Positions 24,789 through 35,657 of a DNA stretch of 37,505 nucleotides are shown piece after piece. The translations under genes and the position numbers were made by a program. Within the stretch, counting starts at the first letter, position 1; every line of letters starts with the position of its first letter. The notes under the pieces were generated by a model that saw nothing but the letters and a program-made list of their open reading frames with translations, was not told where the DNA came from and ran no database searches. The DNA is from an uncultured Bacilli bacterium (lineage in GTDB: Bacteria; Bacillota_I; Bacilli_A; RF39; UBA660), in assembly GCA_944358235.1 (NCBI GenBank), contig CALVQL010000003.1:1-37505 (forward strand), in the 5' to 3' direction.

Positions 24789-25331
24789 ATGGATTATGTT
24801 GATAGTGCCGAACTGAGCATGATTAAAGCTATTGATAATTTAGAGGCGAGATTAATTACTGTTCGAGCTGGAAGAGCAAATGCGAGCATGTTAAATGGAA
24901 TTATGGTGGATTATTATGGAGCTAAAAGTCCCATAAATGCTTTGGCTAATATAACTGTACCTGAAGCTCGTGAATTGTTCATCAAACCTTTTGATCGTTC
25001 TGCTCTAAAAGATATCGAAAGAGCGATAAATGAAGCAAATATTGGAATTACTCCAACTAACAATGGGGAGACGATTATTTTAACTGTTCCTCAACTTACT
25101 GAAGAAACTCGTCGTACATATGTTAAGCAAGTGCACGAAATGGGAGAACAAGCTAAAGTTGCTTTACGTAACGCTCGTCAAGATGCTAATAATGCAATAA
25201 AAAAGGACGAGGAATTGACAGAAGACGAAGAGAAGAGCCTAATGAACGATATTCAGGAATTGATAAATAAATACAATAAAATTGTCGATGAAAAAATAAA
25301 AGAAAAAGAGCAAGAATTAATGAGTATTTAA
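24789..25331 (+). CDS. frr: Ribosome recycling factor
   Basis: VRAGRAN, VDYYG, VPQLTEETR, AKVALRNARQDAN. Promoter TTGCTA-N17-TATAAT at 24741-24769. Confidence 0.97.
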   Translation: MDYVDSAELSMIKAIDNLEARLITVRAGRANASMLNGIMVDYYGAKSPINALANITVPEARELFIKPFDRSALKDIERAINEANIGITPTNNGETIILTVPQLTEETRRTYVKQVHEMGEQAKVALRNARQDANNAIKKDEELTEDEEKSLMNDIQELINKYNKIVDEKIKEKEQELMSI

Positions 25332-25352
25332 GACTTCTTAAATACTTTTTTT
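25323..25352 (+). terminator. Terminator after frr
   Basis: AGTATTTAAG-actt-CTTAAATACT followed by a T tract. Confidence 0.8.
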
Positions 25353-25354
25353 AT

Positions 25355-25380
25355 AAAAAAAATTGGCTTAACTGCCAATT
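25355..25380 (-). terminator. Terminator of the minus-strand small gene
   Basis: AATTGGC-N6-GCCAATT stem, with an A tract on its left that reads as a U tract on the minus strand. Confidence 0.65.
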
Positions 25381-25565
25381 GCATAAGATACAAAATAATA
25401 AATTAAAGGCGCTGCAAACGATGCTAGCATAGCCAAGAACATAAACCAAACGAATATTTTTACTCCTATAGGAGTCGAATCAGTTTTCTTTTTATTTTTT
25501 CTTTTCTTTGGTTTGGCTATTTTTATATCTCCAACAACCTCATATTTTTTTTCATCGATACTCAT
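25368..25565 (-). CDS. Small single-TM protein, DUF4044-like
   Basis: Basic N-terminus, then KIFVWFMFLAMLAS. RBS GAAGGTGA and its own terminator. Confidence 0.75.
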   Translation of the reverse strand: MSIDEKKYEVVGDIKIAKPKKRKNKKKTDSTPIGVKIFVWFMFLAMLASFAAPLIYYFVSYAIGS

Positions 25566-25643
25566 AAATAAATCACCTTCATTAATTATAAACTATTTGT
25601 CATACAAAATAAAGTGTTTAATATAAATTAAATGGGTGAAAAT

Positions 25644-26189
25644 ATGAGAAAAAGTAGACACGTTATAGTATTTGTTGTAGTATTATTCATCGTTTCTGTA
25701 ATAACCGGATATATCTATGGAATTAATAATTATTATGATTTGACAGATTATATCGAAGGACTTAGTGGACACAACAATTTATTTATTCCTCATTTGATTA
25801 TTTTCTTTCTATTTCTTTTTTCGACAATTTCTCTGCTTGGAATAATTGCCGAAAGTATTTATATCGGTTTTGAAGGAGTAAGTATCGGATATCTTCTCGC
25901 CATTTTCTTTAGCAATTTCAAATTAAAGGGAATTTTATATGCCTTAGTAACGATTGCTATTAATAAATTATTTTTATTACTGATACTCATATATCTTTTT
26001 ATCGTTAGTTTTAAATATATCAAGAAAAGTATCGATAATATAATTGGTATCAACAAGGATTACTTCGACGGTATGATAAAACCGTTATTACAAAAATACT
26101 TTATAATTTTGTTAATTCTTTTAGCGTACGATACTGTCATTTATTTCTTTGGCAATAAATTATTAAATTATCTTACTTTTATGCTATAA
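25644..26189 (+). CDS. SpoIIM-like engulfment membrane protein
   Basis: Multi-TM, with GFEGVSIGYLLAIFFSNFKLKGIL resembling the SpoIIM KGFxxGF..G motif. GGTGA RBS. Sigma-E-like GTCATA...AATATAAAT upstream (25599-25628). Confidence 0.6.
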   Translation: MRKSRHVIVFVVVLFIVSVITGYIYGINNYYDLTDYIEGLSGHNNLFIPHLIIFFLFLFSTISLLGIIAESIYIGFEGVSIGYLLAIFFSNFKLKGILYALVTIAINKLFLLLILIYLFIVSFKYIKKSIDNIIGINKDYFDGMIKPLLQKYFIILLILLAYDTVIYFFGNKLLNYLTFML

Positions 26190-26211
26190 TACCCTTAAAG
26201 AAGGGATGTTT

Positions 26212-27321
26212 ATGGCTAAGAAAGTTGTTATTGGTATGTCAGGAGGTGTCGATTCATCAGTTGCTGCATATCTTTTAAAAAAACAGGGATATGAAGTAAT
26301 CGGCTTATTCATGCGTAATTGGGACAGCTTAGTAAATAACGATATATCGGGTAATCCATATATCGATGATAATATCTGCCCTCAAGAACAAGATTATAAT
26401 GATGCTCTTGCTGTTTGTAAGCATTTGAATATTCCACTTCATCGTGTCGATTTTATCAAAGAATATTGGGATAATGTTTTCAGTTATTTTCTCGAAGAGT
26501 TAGAAGCAGGACGCACTCCTAATCCTGATGTAATGTGTAATAAGTATATTAAATTTGATGCTTTCATCAAGGAGGCTCGCCGTCTAGGAGCTGATTATAT
26601 TGCGACTGGGCACTATGCCAGAGTTAAGGGATGTAAATTATATCGCGGCGTCGATTCAAATAAGGATCAATCATACTTTTTGGCACAACTTACTCCTAAT
26701 CAATTAAAAGACGTTTTATTTCCGATTGGTGACTTAGAAAAGAGTGAAGTTAGAAAGATTGCCATTGATAATGATATTCCGACTGCTAAGAAGAAGGATT
26801 CGACAGGAATATGTTTTATTGGTGAACGAAATTATCAGAAATTTATTCAAAACTATTTAAAACCGAATCCGGGATATATTATCGATGTCGATACGTTAGA
26901 AATCGTCGGTCGTCATGACGGACTTATGAATTATACGATTGGTCAGCGTCGCAATGTCGGAATAAGCGGTTTTGCCGAAAAACACTTTGTCGTCGGAAAG
27001 AATGTGGCTAAAAACGAATTATATATCGCCTTTGGAGATGATCCGGAAGCACTATATTCTGATGAATGTATTATCGATACCGTGAATTTTATTTCCCCAA
27101 ATCATCCGACTTTTTGCACCGCCAAATTCCGCTATCGTGGGCCAGATAACGAGGTAATGTTAGAGTATCGCGAGGACGGTACTATAAGTGTTCGTTATCC
27201 GCAAAAAGTAAAGGCAGTAACTCCAGGTCAAATATGTGTCTTTTATCTTGGTGAACAGTGTTTGGGAAGTGGAATTATCAAAGAAATTCGAAAAAATAGA
27301 GAAAAACTATGGTATTTATAG
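26212..27321 (+). CDS. mnmA: tRNA 2-thiouridylase MnmA
   Basis: MSGGVDS, TPNPDVMCN, ATGHY, KDQSYFL, KKDSTGICF, YTIGQR, VTPGQ. Confidence 0.98.
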   Translation: MAKKVVIGMSGGVDSSVAAYLLKKQGYEVIGLFMRNWDSLVNNDISGNPYIDDNICPQEQDYNDALAVCKHLNIPLHRVDFIKEYWDNVFSYFLEELEAGRTPNPDVMCNKYIKFDAFIKEARRLGADYIATGHYARVKGCKLYRGVDSNKDQSYFLAQLTPNQLKDVLFPIGDLEKSEVRKIAIDNDIPTAKKKDSTGICFIGERNYQKFIQNYLKPNPGYIIDVDTLEIVGRHDGLMNYTIGQRRNVGISGFAEKHFVVGKNVAKNELYIAFGDDPEALYSDECIIDTVNFISPNHPTFCTAKFRYRGPDNEVMLEYREDGTISVRYPQKVKAVTPGQICVFYLGEQCLGSGIIKEIRKNREKLWYL

Positions 27322-27409
27322 CTTTTTTTCCTTTTTTTTGGCATTTTTTTCAAAAAAATTAAAGGAAAATGAAAGGTTTTTGAAATAAATATAATTAGAA
27401 GGTGATTTT

Positions 27410-29137
27410 ATGGCCATGTTACCTACAGAAGAGATTAATCGCATACAGCGCACGGCCAACATCGTCGATATTATTGGTTCTTACATAAATCTCGAGAAAA
27501 AGGGAAAAAATTATTTTGGGGTATGTCCTTTTCATGATGATCATAATCCTTCGATGAGTGTCAGTGAAGAAAAGCAACTATATACGTGTTTTGTCTGTCA
27601 TGCGACTGGAACAGTTTTCACTTTTGTGCAGAATTATGAAAACGTCTCTTTTATCGAAGCTGTTAAGATCGTGGCTGACCGCGTCGGCATCGAACTCGAT
27701 TCCGGCTATAAAGTTACATCGAAATATGATAAACACTATGAATTAGTCGATTTGGCGGTAAAGTATTATCAAAATAATTTGAAAAGTAGTGATGGAAAGC
27801 AAGCTCGCGAGTATTTAAAAAATCGTGGTTTGAGTGAAGAGGTAATCAACGATTTTGCAATCGGGCTTGCCCCTAAAGCTCCAGATAATTTGACAAAACT
27901 TCTGATAAATAAAGGATACTCTGAAGAAATGCTTCTTGATACCGGAATATCTAATCGTGGTAGTACGTTATATGATCTTTTTCGTAACCGTATAACATTT
28001 CCTATACACAATGCTTCGGGAAAACCTGTTGGATTTTCGGCACGTATATTTGACGATAGTGATGAAGCCAAATACATTAACACTCGTGAGACGAAAATCT
28101 TTAAGAAGGGTGAAATACTCTTTAATTATCACCGAGCGCAAAACGAAGCACGGCGTTTAAAGTATCTTCTCGTCGTCGAAGGCCAGATGGACGCTGTTAG
28201 AATCTATTCTTGTGGATTAAAAAATGTCGTCGCCACAATGGGGACAGCCCTTACAAATGAGCACATAAAATTATTAAAAAAACTGAATACGACGATAGTA
28301 TTATGTATGGATAACGATTCAGCCGGAGAAAAAGCGACGATAACGAATGGCGAATTATTAGCTGATGCCCAAATCGATCTTAAAGTATTACGCATATCTG
28401 GAGCAAAAGATCCTGATGAATATTTATTGAAATATTCCGTTGAAGAATTTAAAGATGCTATAAATCATGCGATTAGTTTCTTCGATTTTAAGCTAAACTA
28501 TTTAAAGAAGAATAAAAACTTCTCCAAAGTCGATGATGTGTCAGAATATGTAAATTCAGTAATAGCAGAACTTAATAAAACTCATGATGACATTCTCATC
28601 GATTTGACAGTTAACCGTCTTAGTGAGGAATATCATATTGATCGCAATATCCTGTTAAATAAGATTATTAAAGTGGAAACTCCAAAAACAGAAATAATTG
28701 TCAAGCCAAAAAAAATACCCAAGGCTCGACGCGATAAATTGTTTGATATGCTGATATTCTATATGATGAATGGTGAAAAGTATATTAAACTATATGAACA
28801 AGAACTATCTTATTTGCCAGACGAAAAATATGTTGCGATAGCAGAGGATATACTTGCATTTTTTATCAAATACAATTATATTAATATGGCGGATTTTATC
28901 ACTTATGAAATAGATGGGGATAATTATGAAAAAGTTTTAGATATCGTCGATAATTATGCGTTGATAGAATTGAACGATGGAGAATACATCGGTCTTATCG
29001 AAAAGATAAAAAAGCTCATCGATGAAGAACGAATTTCTAAATTAAGAGAACAGCTAAAACGAGAAAGTGATATTAATGCTAAATTAAAAATAGCAGATGA
29101 GATAACAAGATTGAAAAAAAGGATGTGTAACTTATGA
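27410..29137 (+). CDS. dnaG: DNA primase
   Basis: [10 protein letters not shown]...CFVC zinc finger, [31 protein letters not shown]. Confidence 0.98.
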   Translation: MAMLPTEEINRIQRTANIVDIIGSYINLEKKGKNYFGVCPFHDDHNPSMSVSEEKQLYTCFVCHATGTVFTFVQNYENVSFIEAVKIVADRVGIELDSGYKVTSKYDKHYELVDLAVKYYQNNLKSSDGKQAREYLKNRGLSEEVINDFAIGLAPKAPDNLTKLLINKGYSEEMLLDTGISNRGSTLYDLFRNRITFPIHNASGKPVGFSARIFDDSDEAKYINTRETKIFKKGEILFNYHRAQNEARRLKYLLVVEGQMDAVRIYSCGLKNVVATMGTALTNEHIKLLKKLNTTIVLCMDNDSAGEKATITNGELLADAQIDLKVLRISGAKDPDEYLLKYSVEEFKDAINHAISFFDFKLNYLKKNKNFSKVDDVSEYVNSVIAELNKTHDDILIDLTVNRLSEEYHIDRNILLNKIIKVETPKTEIIVKPKKIPKARRDKLFDMLIFYMMNGEKYIKLYEQELSYLPDEKYVAIAEDILAFFIKYNYINMADFITYEIDGDNYEKVLDIVDNYALIELNDGEYIGLIEKIKKLIDEERISKLREQLKRESDINAKLKIADEITRLKKRMCNL

Positions 29138-30231
29138 AAAAAGTAAAAGAAATCAAGACGTTTGACGAACGCAAAAACGAGTTGTTAGAATTAGGGAAAA
29201 AAAGGGGATATATCACATTTGAAGAATTGGCCCAATCTCTTCAAGGATTGGAGATGGATAGCGATTCTCTTGATTCGCTATATACGACATTTGTCGAAGC
29301 TGGAATTAATGTTATAACTGAAGAAGAAGCCAATAGTGATGGTTCAGCAAAACCAGAAGCAGTTGTCGTCTTAAATGATGAGGATTTGACTAAGGACGTC
29401 AATATTAACGATCCCGTTCGTATGTACTTAAAAGAAATTGGTCGCATAAGCTTGCTCTCGCCGGAAGAAGAGATGGAGCTTTCAATTCGTGTTGCTAATG
29501 GTGACGAGGAAGCACGAAATATTCTTGCCGAATCGAATCTACGTCTTGTCGTATCCATTGCAAAGCGTTATGTTGGACGTGGATTATTATTTTTAGATCT
29601 TATTCAAGAAGGAAATATCGGACTAATGAAAGCCGTAGAAAAGTTCGATTTCGGTAAAGGATATAAATTTTCAACTTATGCTACTTGGTGGATACGTCAA
29701 GCCATAACGCGTGCTCTAGCTGACCAAGCTAGGACAATTCGTGTTCCAGTACATATGGTCGAAACTATCAACAAAATGGCCCGTATTCAACGTCAGATGA
29801 CTCTTGAATTAAATCGCGAACCGAGCGATGAAGAACTAGCTAAAAAAATGGGAATTAGTATCGAAAAAGTTCGTGAAGTCATCAAAATTAGCCAGGATCC
29901 TGTCTCTTTGGAAACTCCTATTGGAGAAGAAGATGATTCACACTTAGGTGATTTTATCAAAGATGAAAGCAGTTTATCACCAGAAGAATATGCTACAAAC
30001 GAAATACTAAAAGAAGAGATAAAATCGGTTTTAGCGACTCTTCAACCGCGTGAACAACAAGTATTAGAATTGCGCTTCGGTTTAGTCGATGGAACATCAT
30101 ATACACTAGAAGAAGTCGGAAAGAGATTTAATGTTACACGTGAACGTATTCGTCAGATTGAAGCTAAAGCTCTTCGTAAATTACGTCATCCATCTCGCGC
30201 CAAAAAACTAAAAGATTTTATGGTGGACTAA
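29134..30231 (+). CDS. sigA: RNA polymerase primary sigma factor
   Basis: [46 protein letters not shown]. Confidence 0.99.
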   Translation: MKKVKEIKTFDERKNELLELGKKRGYITFEELAQSLQGLEMDSDSLDSLYTTFVEAGINVITEEEANSDGSAKPEAVVVLNDEDLTKDVNINDPVRMYLKEIGRISLLSPEEEMELSIRVANGDEEARNILAESNLRLVVSIAKRYVGRGLLFLDLIQEGNIGLMKAVEKFDFGKGYKFSTYATWWIRQAITRALADQARTIRVPVHMVETINKMARIQRQMTLELNREPSDEELAKKMGISIEKVREVIKISQDPVSLETPIGEEDDSHLGDFIKDESSLSPEEYATNEILKEEIKSVLATLQPREQQVLELRFGLVDGTSYTLEEVGKRFNVTRERIRQIEAKALRKLRHPSRAKKLKDFMVD

Positions 30232-30232
30232 T

Positions 30233-30889
30233 ATGTTGAGTATCAGATTAGAATCATTAGCTCGTCACATTAATTTTAACGATCATATCATCGATATCGG
30301 ATGTGATCATGCGCTATTAGACGTCTATTTAGTAAAAAATAATGTCGTAAAGAAAATGATTGTTTCTGACATTCATGAGAACGCTTTAAATACTGGTAAA
30401 GATAACATTCAAAAAAATAATCTGAGCGATCGCATTGAAGCGCGTTTGGGGGATGGCTTAAGTGTTTTAACAGATGACGATAAAATAGATACAATTCTAA
30501 TATCCGGAATGGGAACATCGACAATTCTAAAAATTCTTGATAACCCATATTTAAATAAAATAGATAAATTGATAATTCAATCGAATAATGATCATTACGA
30601 ATTGCGCGAAAATATCACAAGCAGAGGCTTTTCGATAAAAGCCGAAGATTTTTTAGTAGATAATAACAAACACTATATAAATATTGTATTTGTTCGTGGT
30701 AATAAAAAGTATAGTAAAAAAGAACTTAAATATGGCCCCGTATTAATTCATAACAAAAATTATTTGAATTTTGAACTTTCAAATTGTCAAAAAATATATA
30801 ATCTAATACCTAGAATGAAATTGCGTTATCGTTTAAAATTGAAAAGAGAAATGCATCTTTTGAAAAATACTATAAAGGAAAACGACTAA
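30233..30889 (+). CDS. trmK: tRNA m1A22 methyltransferase
   Basis: DIGCDHALL, RLGDGL, ISGMG. Follows sigA. Confidence 0.9.
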   Translation: MLSIRLESLARHINFNDHIIDIGCDHALLDVYLVKNNVVKKMIVSDIHENALNTGKDNIQKNNLSDRIEARLGDGLSVLTDDDKIDTILISGMGTSTILKILDNPYLNKIDKLIIQSNNDHYELRENITSRGFSIKAEDFLVDNNKHYINIVFVRGNKKYSKKELKYGPVLIHNKNYLNFELSNCQKIYNLIPRMKLRYRLKLKREMHLLKNTIKEND

Positions 30890-30908
30890 TAGTTTGGAGT
30901 GCCAATAT

Positions 30909-32108
30909 ATGGATAAAGTTATAGTCATAGGTGGAGGAGCTTCGGGGCTTATTGCGGCCTTAAAAGCTTCTGAATCATCCGAAGTAATTATTGTCGAAGG
31001 TAATGATAAATGCGGTAAGAAAATTCTCATAACGGGAAACGGAAAATGTAATTATTGGAACTCTGATATCACTCCAAATCATTTCAATATAACAGAATCG
31101 AGTCTTCTAAAAGATATTCTTTCGCGAAAAGAAGAAGTCCTCGATTTTTTATATTCCCTTACCATATATCCCAAAATAAAAAACGGTTATTATTATCCGA
31201 TGTCTGGGCAGGCTTTTAGCATTAGAGAAATTCTTTTTAATGAAGTTAAAAAACGCAATATTACGGTTTTATTTAATTTTAAAGTAACAGATATAACAAA
31301 GGATAAAGAAAAATTTGTAATTCATTCTGAAAATGACATGCTATTAGCCGATAAGGTTATATTGGCTTGTGGGGGGTCTTCTTATTCCAAGACTGGAAGC
31401 GATGGGACTGGGTATTTATTAGCTGCTAAATTAGGACATAAGTTAAATAAGCCATTACCAGGATTGGTGCCTCTTATCACAGATACAGCTTATAATTGGG
31501 ATGGTGTTCGTATTGATGCCGGACTGACTCTATATATTTCCGGAAAAATGAGCGGGTATGAACTTGGCGAATTACAATTGACTAAAAACGGTTTAAGCGG
31601 CATTTGCTCTTTAAATCTAAGCGGGCGTGTTTCGCGAGCTTTGGATAATGGCAAAAGAGCTCAAATTCGAATAAATTTTATGCCACCAATTGATGATAAC
31701 TTATATACTTGGTTTAATAAGCGTAATCTCGAACTTGCTGACCACACTTTACAGGAATTATTAGAAAGTATTATAAATTATAAAGTACTAGATGTCATAT
31801 TTCGAGTTTCTCAAATTAAACCTGATGAGAGATGGGAAAATCTCTCTGAAGAAAAAAGAAATATCCTAATTAGTTATATCGGTGATTTTCCTATAAATAT
31901 AATCGATACTGAATCCTTCGATCGTGCTCAAACAACGGTTGGAGGAATTCCTCTCGAGGATATAAATGTAAAAACTATGGAATCAAAAATAATAGATAAT
32001 CTTTATATAGTCGGTGAACTCTTAGATGTCGATGGCAAATGTGGAGGTTACAATCTCGCTTTTGCTTGGATAAGTGGCTATATCGCCGGATTGGGAGTGA
32101 CAAAATGA
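30909..32108 (+). CDS. HI0933/BaiN-family flavoprotein
   Basis: IGGGASGL, GKKILITGNGKCN, GSDGTGY, GELLDVDGKCGGYNL. Confidence 0.93.
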   Translation: MDKVIVIGGGASGLIAALKASESSEVIIVEGNDKCGKKILITGNGKCNYWNSDITPNHFNITESSLLKDILSRKEEVLDFLYSLTIYPKIKNGYYYPMSGQAFSIREILFNEVKKRNITVLFNFKVTDITKDKEKFVIHSENDMLLADKVILACGGSSYSKTGSDGTGYLLAAKLGHKLNKPLPGLVPLITDTAYNWDGVRIDAGLTLYISGKMSGYELGELQLTKNGLSGICSLNLSGRVSRALDNGKRAQIRINFMPPIDDNLYTWFNKRNLELADHTLQELLESIINYKVLDVIFRVSQIKPDERWENLSEEKRNILISYIGDFPINIIDTESFDRAQTTVGGIPLEDINVKTMESKIIDNLYIVGELLDVDGKCGGYNLAFAWISGYIAGLGVTK

Positions 32109-33679
32109 TAAATATCAAACAACTGAAGGTAGATGTTTTAGAAGATCAAAATACTGCTCTTCAATCAAAGATAAAGTCCAAATTAGGGATTAATTCTACA
32201 GATATAATTAGCTTTAAGATAAAAAAACAATCTCTTGATGCACGCGATAAAAATAACATTTATTATGTATATGAGGTCGACGTTGTAGCGCTGAACGAGA
32301 CTGAAATTTTAAGACGTAAACACGGCGATAAAAATATTAACGAATCCAATACTAAAACTTATACTTTTCCCAAGAAAGTTGATTGCCACATAAAACCCGT
32401 TATAGTAGGATCCGGGCCGGCCGGTTTGTTTTGTGCATTAACATTAGCAGAAAACGGGTATCAACCAATTGTTATTGAGCGTGGTGAAGACATTGAAGAG
32501 CGTGTAAAAAGTGTTGCAAAGTTTTGGAATACCGGCATATTAAATGAAGAATCGAATGTTCAATTTGGTGAAGGTGGAGCGGGAACTTTTTCCGATGGTA
32601 AACTTAATACTTTAGTCCACGATCACGATAAAAGAGATGAATATGTGTTGAACTCTTTCGTAAAGTTCGGCGCACCAGAAGATATTTTATACAGCTATAA
32701 ACCTCATATAGGTACCGATATATTGCGTGATGTAATAAAGAATATGCGTAATTATATTCAGTCTTTAGGAGGGGAATTTGTCTTTGATACTCGTCTTACC
32801 GACATAAAAGTTGTTAACAATAAGCTTAGTGCTATCGAATTAAATGGCACCAAATGGAAAGATTGTGATCTATTAATTTTAGCGATTGGTCATAGTGCTC
32901 GTGATACTTTTTCCATGTTAAAAGAGCGTGGTTTAAAAGTAATAGCGAAACCATTTGCTGTTGGATTCAGAATTGAACACTTGCAAGAGAACATTAATAA
33001 AAGTCAGTACGGTCCAAAGTATTGGGATAAATTAGGTGCCGCAAATTATAAATTGACATATCAAAGCTCTAACGGTCATGGAGTTTATTCCTTCTGTATG
33101 TGTCCAGGCGGATATGTCGTCAACGCTTCGAGCGAACAAGGATTGTTAGTCGTTAATGGAATGAGCAATCATCTTCGTGACTCCAAAAATGCCAATAGCG
33201 CCATTGTCGTTACAGTTCCACCTAAGATGTTTGACGACGATCCGATGAAAGGAATTGAATTTCAAAGAATGCTCGAAAGAAGCGCTTTTAATATCGGAAA
33301 GGGGGATATCCCCATTCAATTACTCGGCGATTTCTTAAACGGCGTTCCGTCTGAGAAGTTAGGAAGTATCATTCCTGAAACCAAAGGAAAATACATTCTC
33401 GGCGATTTAAGTAAAGTGCTTCCTGAAGAGCTTTCCATAGCGTTTAAGGAAGGAATTCAGCATTTCGATAAAAAGATTGCTGGTTTTTCTGATTATGATG
33501 CGATAATATCGGGAGTCGAAAGTCGTACATCATCACCATTACGGATATTACGTGATGAAACAATGCAATCAAATATCAAGGGAATATTTCCTTGTGGTGA
33601 AGGAGCAGGTTATTCTGGTGGAATTATGACTTCGGCAATGGACGGAATCAAGGCTGCTGAAGCTGTTGTTAATCAGTGA
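32105..33679 (+). CDS. Uncharacterised FAD-dependent oxidoreductase (COG2509-like)
   Basis: VGSGPAG, QFGEGGAGTFSDGKL, YSFCMCPGG, ESRTSSP, GEGAGYSGGI. ATGA-coupled to the upstream gene. Confidence 0.92.
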   Translation: MINIKQLKVDVLEDQNTALQSKIKSKLGINSTDIISFKIKKQSLDARDKNNIYYVYEVDVVALNETEILRRKHGDKNINESNTKTYTFPKKVDCHIKPVIVGSGPAGLFCALTLAENGYQPIVIERGEDIEERVKSVAKFWNTGILNEESNVQFGEGGAGTFSDGKLNTLVHDHDKRDEYVLNSFVKFGAPEDILYSYKPHIGTDILRDVIKNMRNYIQSLGGEFVFDTRLTDIKVVNNKLSAIELNGTKWKDCDLLILAIGHSARDTFSMLKERGLKVIAKPFAVGFRIEHLQENINKSQYGPKYWDKLGAANYKLTYQSSNGHGVYSFCMCPGGYVVNASSEQGLLVVNGMSNHLRDSKNANSAIVVTVPPKMFDDDPMKGIEFQRMLERSAFNIGKGDIPIQLLGDFLNGVPSEKLGSIIPETKGKYILGDLSKVLPEELSIAFKEGIQHFDKKIAGFSDYDAIISGVESRTSSPLRILRDETMQSNIKGIFPCGEGAGYSGGIMTSAMDGIKAAEAVVNQ

Positions 33680-33697
33680 AAAATTTCACTGATTTTT
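33671..33697 (+). terminator. Terminator ending the dnaG-sigA-trmK-flavoprotein run
   Basis: AATCAGTGAAA-aa-TTTCACTGATT-TTT. Confidence 0.75.
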
Positions 33698-33751
33698 AAT
33701 GACTATTTATAAAAATCTTTAAATATGTTAAAATACCTACAGGTGAAAAAT

Positions 33752-35548
33752 ATGGATAGAGAACATATTAGGAATTTTAGTATTATTGCCCATATCGATC
33801 ATGGAAAATCGACGCTAGCTGATCGAATTCTCGAACTTACAGGAGCTGTTGATAAACACGACATGAAAGATCAGCTTTTGGATAATATGGATTTAGAAAG
33901 AGAACGTGGAATCACAATTAAACTTAATGCCGTAGAATTAAAATATCGTTATAATAACGAAGAATATATCTTGCACCTTATTGATACTCCGGGACATGTC
34001 GATTTTTCTTACGAAGTATCGCGAAGCTTGGCGGCTTGCGAGGGAGCAATTTTGATTGTCGATGCTGCTCAAGGAATCGAAGCGCAAACTTTAGCAAATT
34101 TGTATTTAGCACTAAATAACGACCTCATCATTATTCCGGTTATAAACAAAATCGACTTACCGAACGCTGATATTCCCAAAGTAAAAAATGAACTCATAAA
34201 TATTTTGGGGTTCAGGGAGGAAGATATAATTTTATGTAGTGGTAAAACTGGAGAAGGCGTCAAAGACTTGTTAGATGCAATTATCACCAGAATAACCCCG
34301 CCGAAAAAAAGTGATACTACTGAGACAAAAGCATTAATTTTTGATAGTTATTTTGATTCATATCGTGGTGTTATCGCTTCAGTTCGTATTTTTAGTGGCG
34401 AAATTAGGAAAGGCGAAAGAATAAAAATGATGGCGACTAATGCCGAATATGAAGTTGTCGAATTAGGAGTCTTAACGCCAAAAGTAAAAACGCTTGATCG
34501 TCTCGTCGAAGGACAAGTAGGGTGGATTAACGCTTCTATTAAAACAATTGATACGGTTAAAGTTGGGGATACTATCACAACTGTTAAAAACGCAGCTAAA
34601 GAGCCTCTCCCAGGATATCAACCAATGAAACCGATGGTCTACTCTGGATTATTTCCAGTAGAACCCAATAAATTCGAACCGTTAAAAGAAGCTCTCGAGA
34701 AACTTAAGTTAAATGATGCTTCATTAGTATTTGAACCCGAAACATCTGAAGCTCTTGGATTTGGATTTAGATGTGGATTCTTAGGTTTACTACACATGGA
34801 AATAATCGAAGAACGAATAACTCGCGAATTCGGCATCGATATAATCGCTACTTCTCCTTCAGTAATTTATGAAGTACTATTGACTAATGGAGACCAAATT
34901 TATGTGGATAGTCCAACAAAAATGCCAGATCGTGCTAAGATTGCAGAAATACGCGAACCATTTATTACGACTAATATCTTTGTTCCGGCAGAATATATTG
35001 GTGCCATAATGGAGTTATGTCAAGATAAACGTGGAATATATAAATCAATCGATTATATCGATGAAAATCGAGTAAATATTCATTATGATTTGCCACTTTC
35101 AGAAATCGTCTATGATTTCTTTGATCGTTTGAAATCGAGTACCAAAGGATATGCATCTTTTGATTACGAATTAATTGGTTATAAAGCCCAAGATTTAGTG
35201 AAAATGGATATTTTGATAAATGGCGAGACTGTCGATGCCTTAAGCTTAATCGTTCATCGTGATTTTGCATATCAAAGAGGAAAGAAAATTGTCTCTAATT
35301 TAAAAGATATCATTCCCAGACAGCTTTTCTTGGTTCCAATACAAGCTAGTATTGGCTCAAAAGTAATTGCCCGTGAAAGCATAAGTCCTATGCGCAAAAA
35401 TGTCTTAGCGAAGTGCTATGGTGGTGATGTTTCACGTAAGCGTAAACTTCTAGAAAAACAAAAGGAAGGCAAAAAGAGAATGAAGATGGTCGGTAGTGTT
35501 GAAGTACCTCCAGAAGCATTCCTAGCCGTTTTAAAAACGGAAAAGTAG
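33752..35548 (+). CDS. lepA: Elongation factor 4 (LepA)
   Basis: [54 protein letters not shown] before ATG 33752. Confidence 0.99.
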   Translation: MDREHIRNFSIIAHIDHGKSTLADRILELTGAVDKHDMKDQLLDNMDLERERGITIKLNAVELKYRYNNEEYILHLIDTPGHVDFSYEVSRSLAACEGAILIVDAAQGIEAQTLANLYLALNNDLIIIPVINKIDLPNADIPKVKNELINILGFREEDIILCSGKTGEGVKDLLDAIITRITPPKKSDTTETKALIFDSYFDSYRGVIASVRIFSGEIRKGERIKMMATNAEYEVVELGVLTPKVKTLDRLVEGQVGWINASIKTIDTVKVGDTITTVKNAAKEPLPGYQPMKPMVYSGLFPVEPNKFEPLKEALEKLKLNDASLVFEPETSEALGFGFRCGFLGLLHMEIIEERITREFGIDIIATSPSVIYEVLLTNGDQIYVDSPTKMPDRAKIAEIREPFITTNIFVPAEYIGAIMELCQDKRGIYKSIDYIDENRVNIHYDLPLSEIVYDFFDRLKSSTKGYASFDYELIGYKAQDLVKMDILINGETVDALSLIVHRDFAYQRGKKIVSNLKDIIPRQLFLVPIQASIGSKVIARESISPMRKNVLAKCYGGDVSRKRKLLEKQKEGKKRMKMVGSVEVPPEAFLAVLKTEK

Positions 35549-35567
35549 GATAAATTCCTACTTTTTT
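35541..35567 (+). terminator. Terminator after lepA
   Basis: AAAAGTAGGA-taaat-TCCTACTTTT-TT. Confidence 0.8.
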
Positions 35568-35657
35568 CATATATATTAATATGTTCGCGAATAAGATAAG
35601 ATTATGTTGTAATTTTTAAGGGTTTATTATAAAATTTTGTTGTAAGGTGGTGATGTA

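Noticed and set aside
27361-27395. Possible sigma-H promoter (AAAGGAAAA) upstream of dnaG
   Set aside because: There is no GAAT -10 element at the required spacing.
32039-32104. Extended starts in the ORF track (also 19827, 22372, 30894, 33725, 13507, 25632)
   Set aside because: Downstream ATGs have better SD sequences or stop/start coupling and match the family N-termini.
35575-35595. Possible LexA (Cheo) box at AATATGTTCGCGAATA upstream of hemW
   Set aside because: Only the GTTC half-site is present and the GAAC half is missing. The short TTCGCGAA palindrome is compatible with chance.
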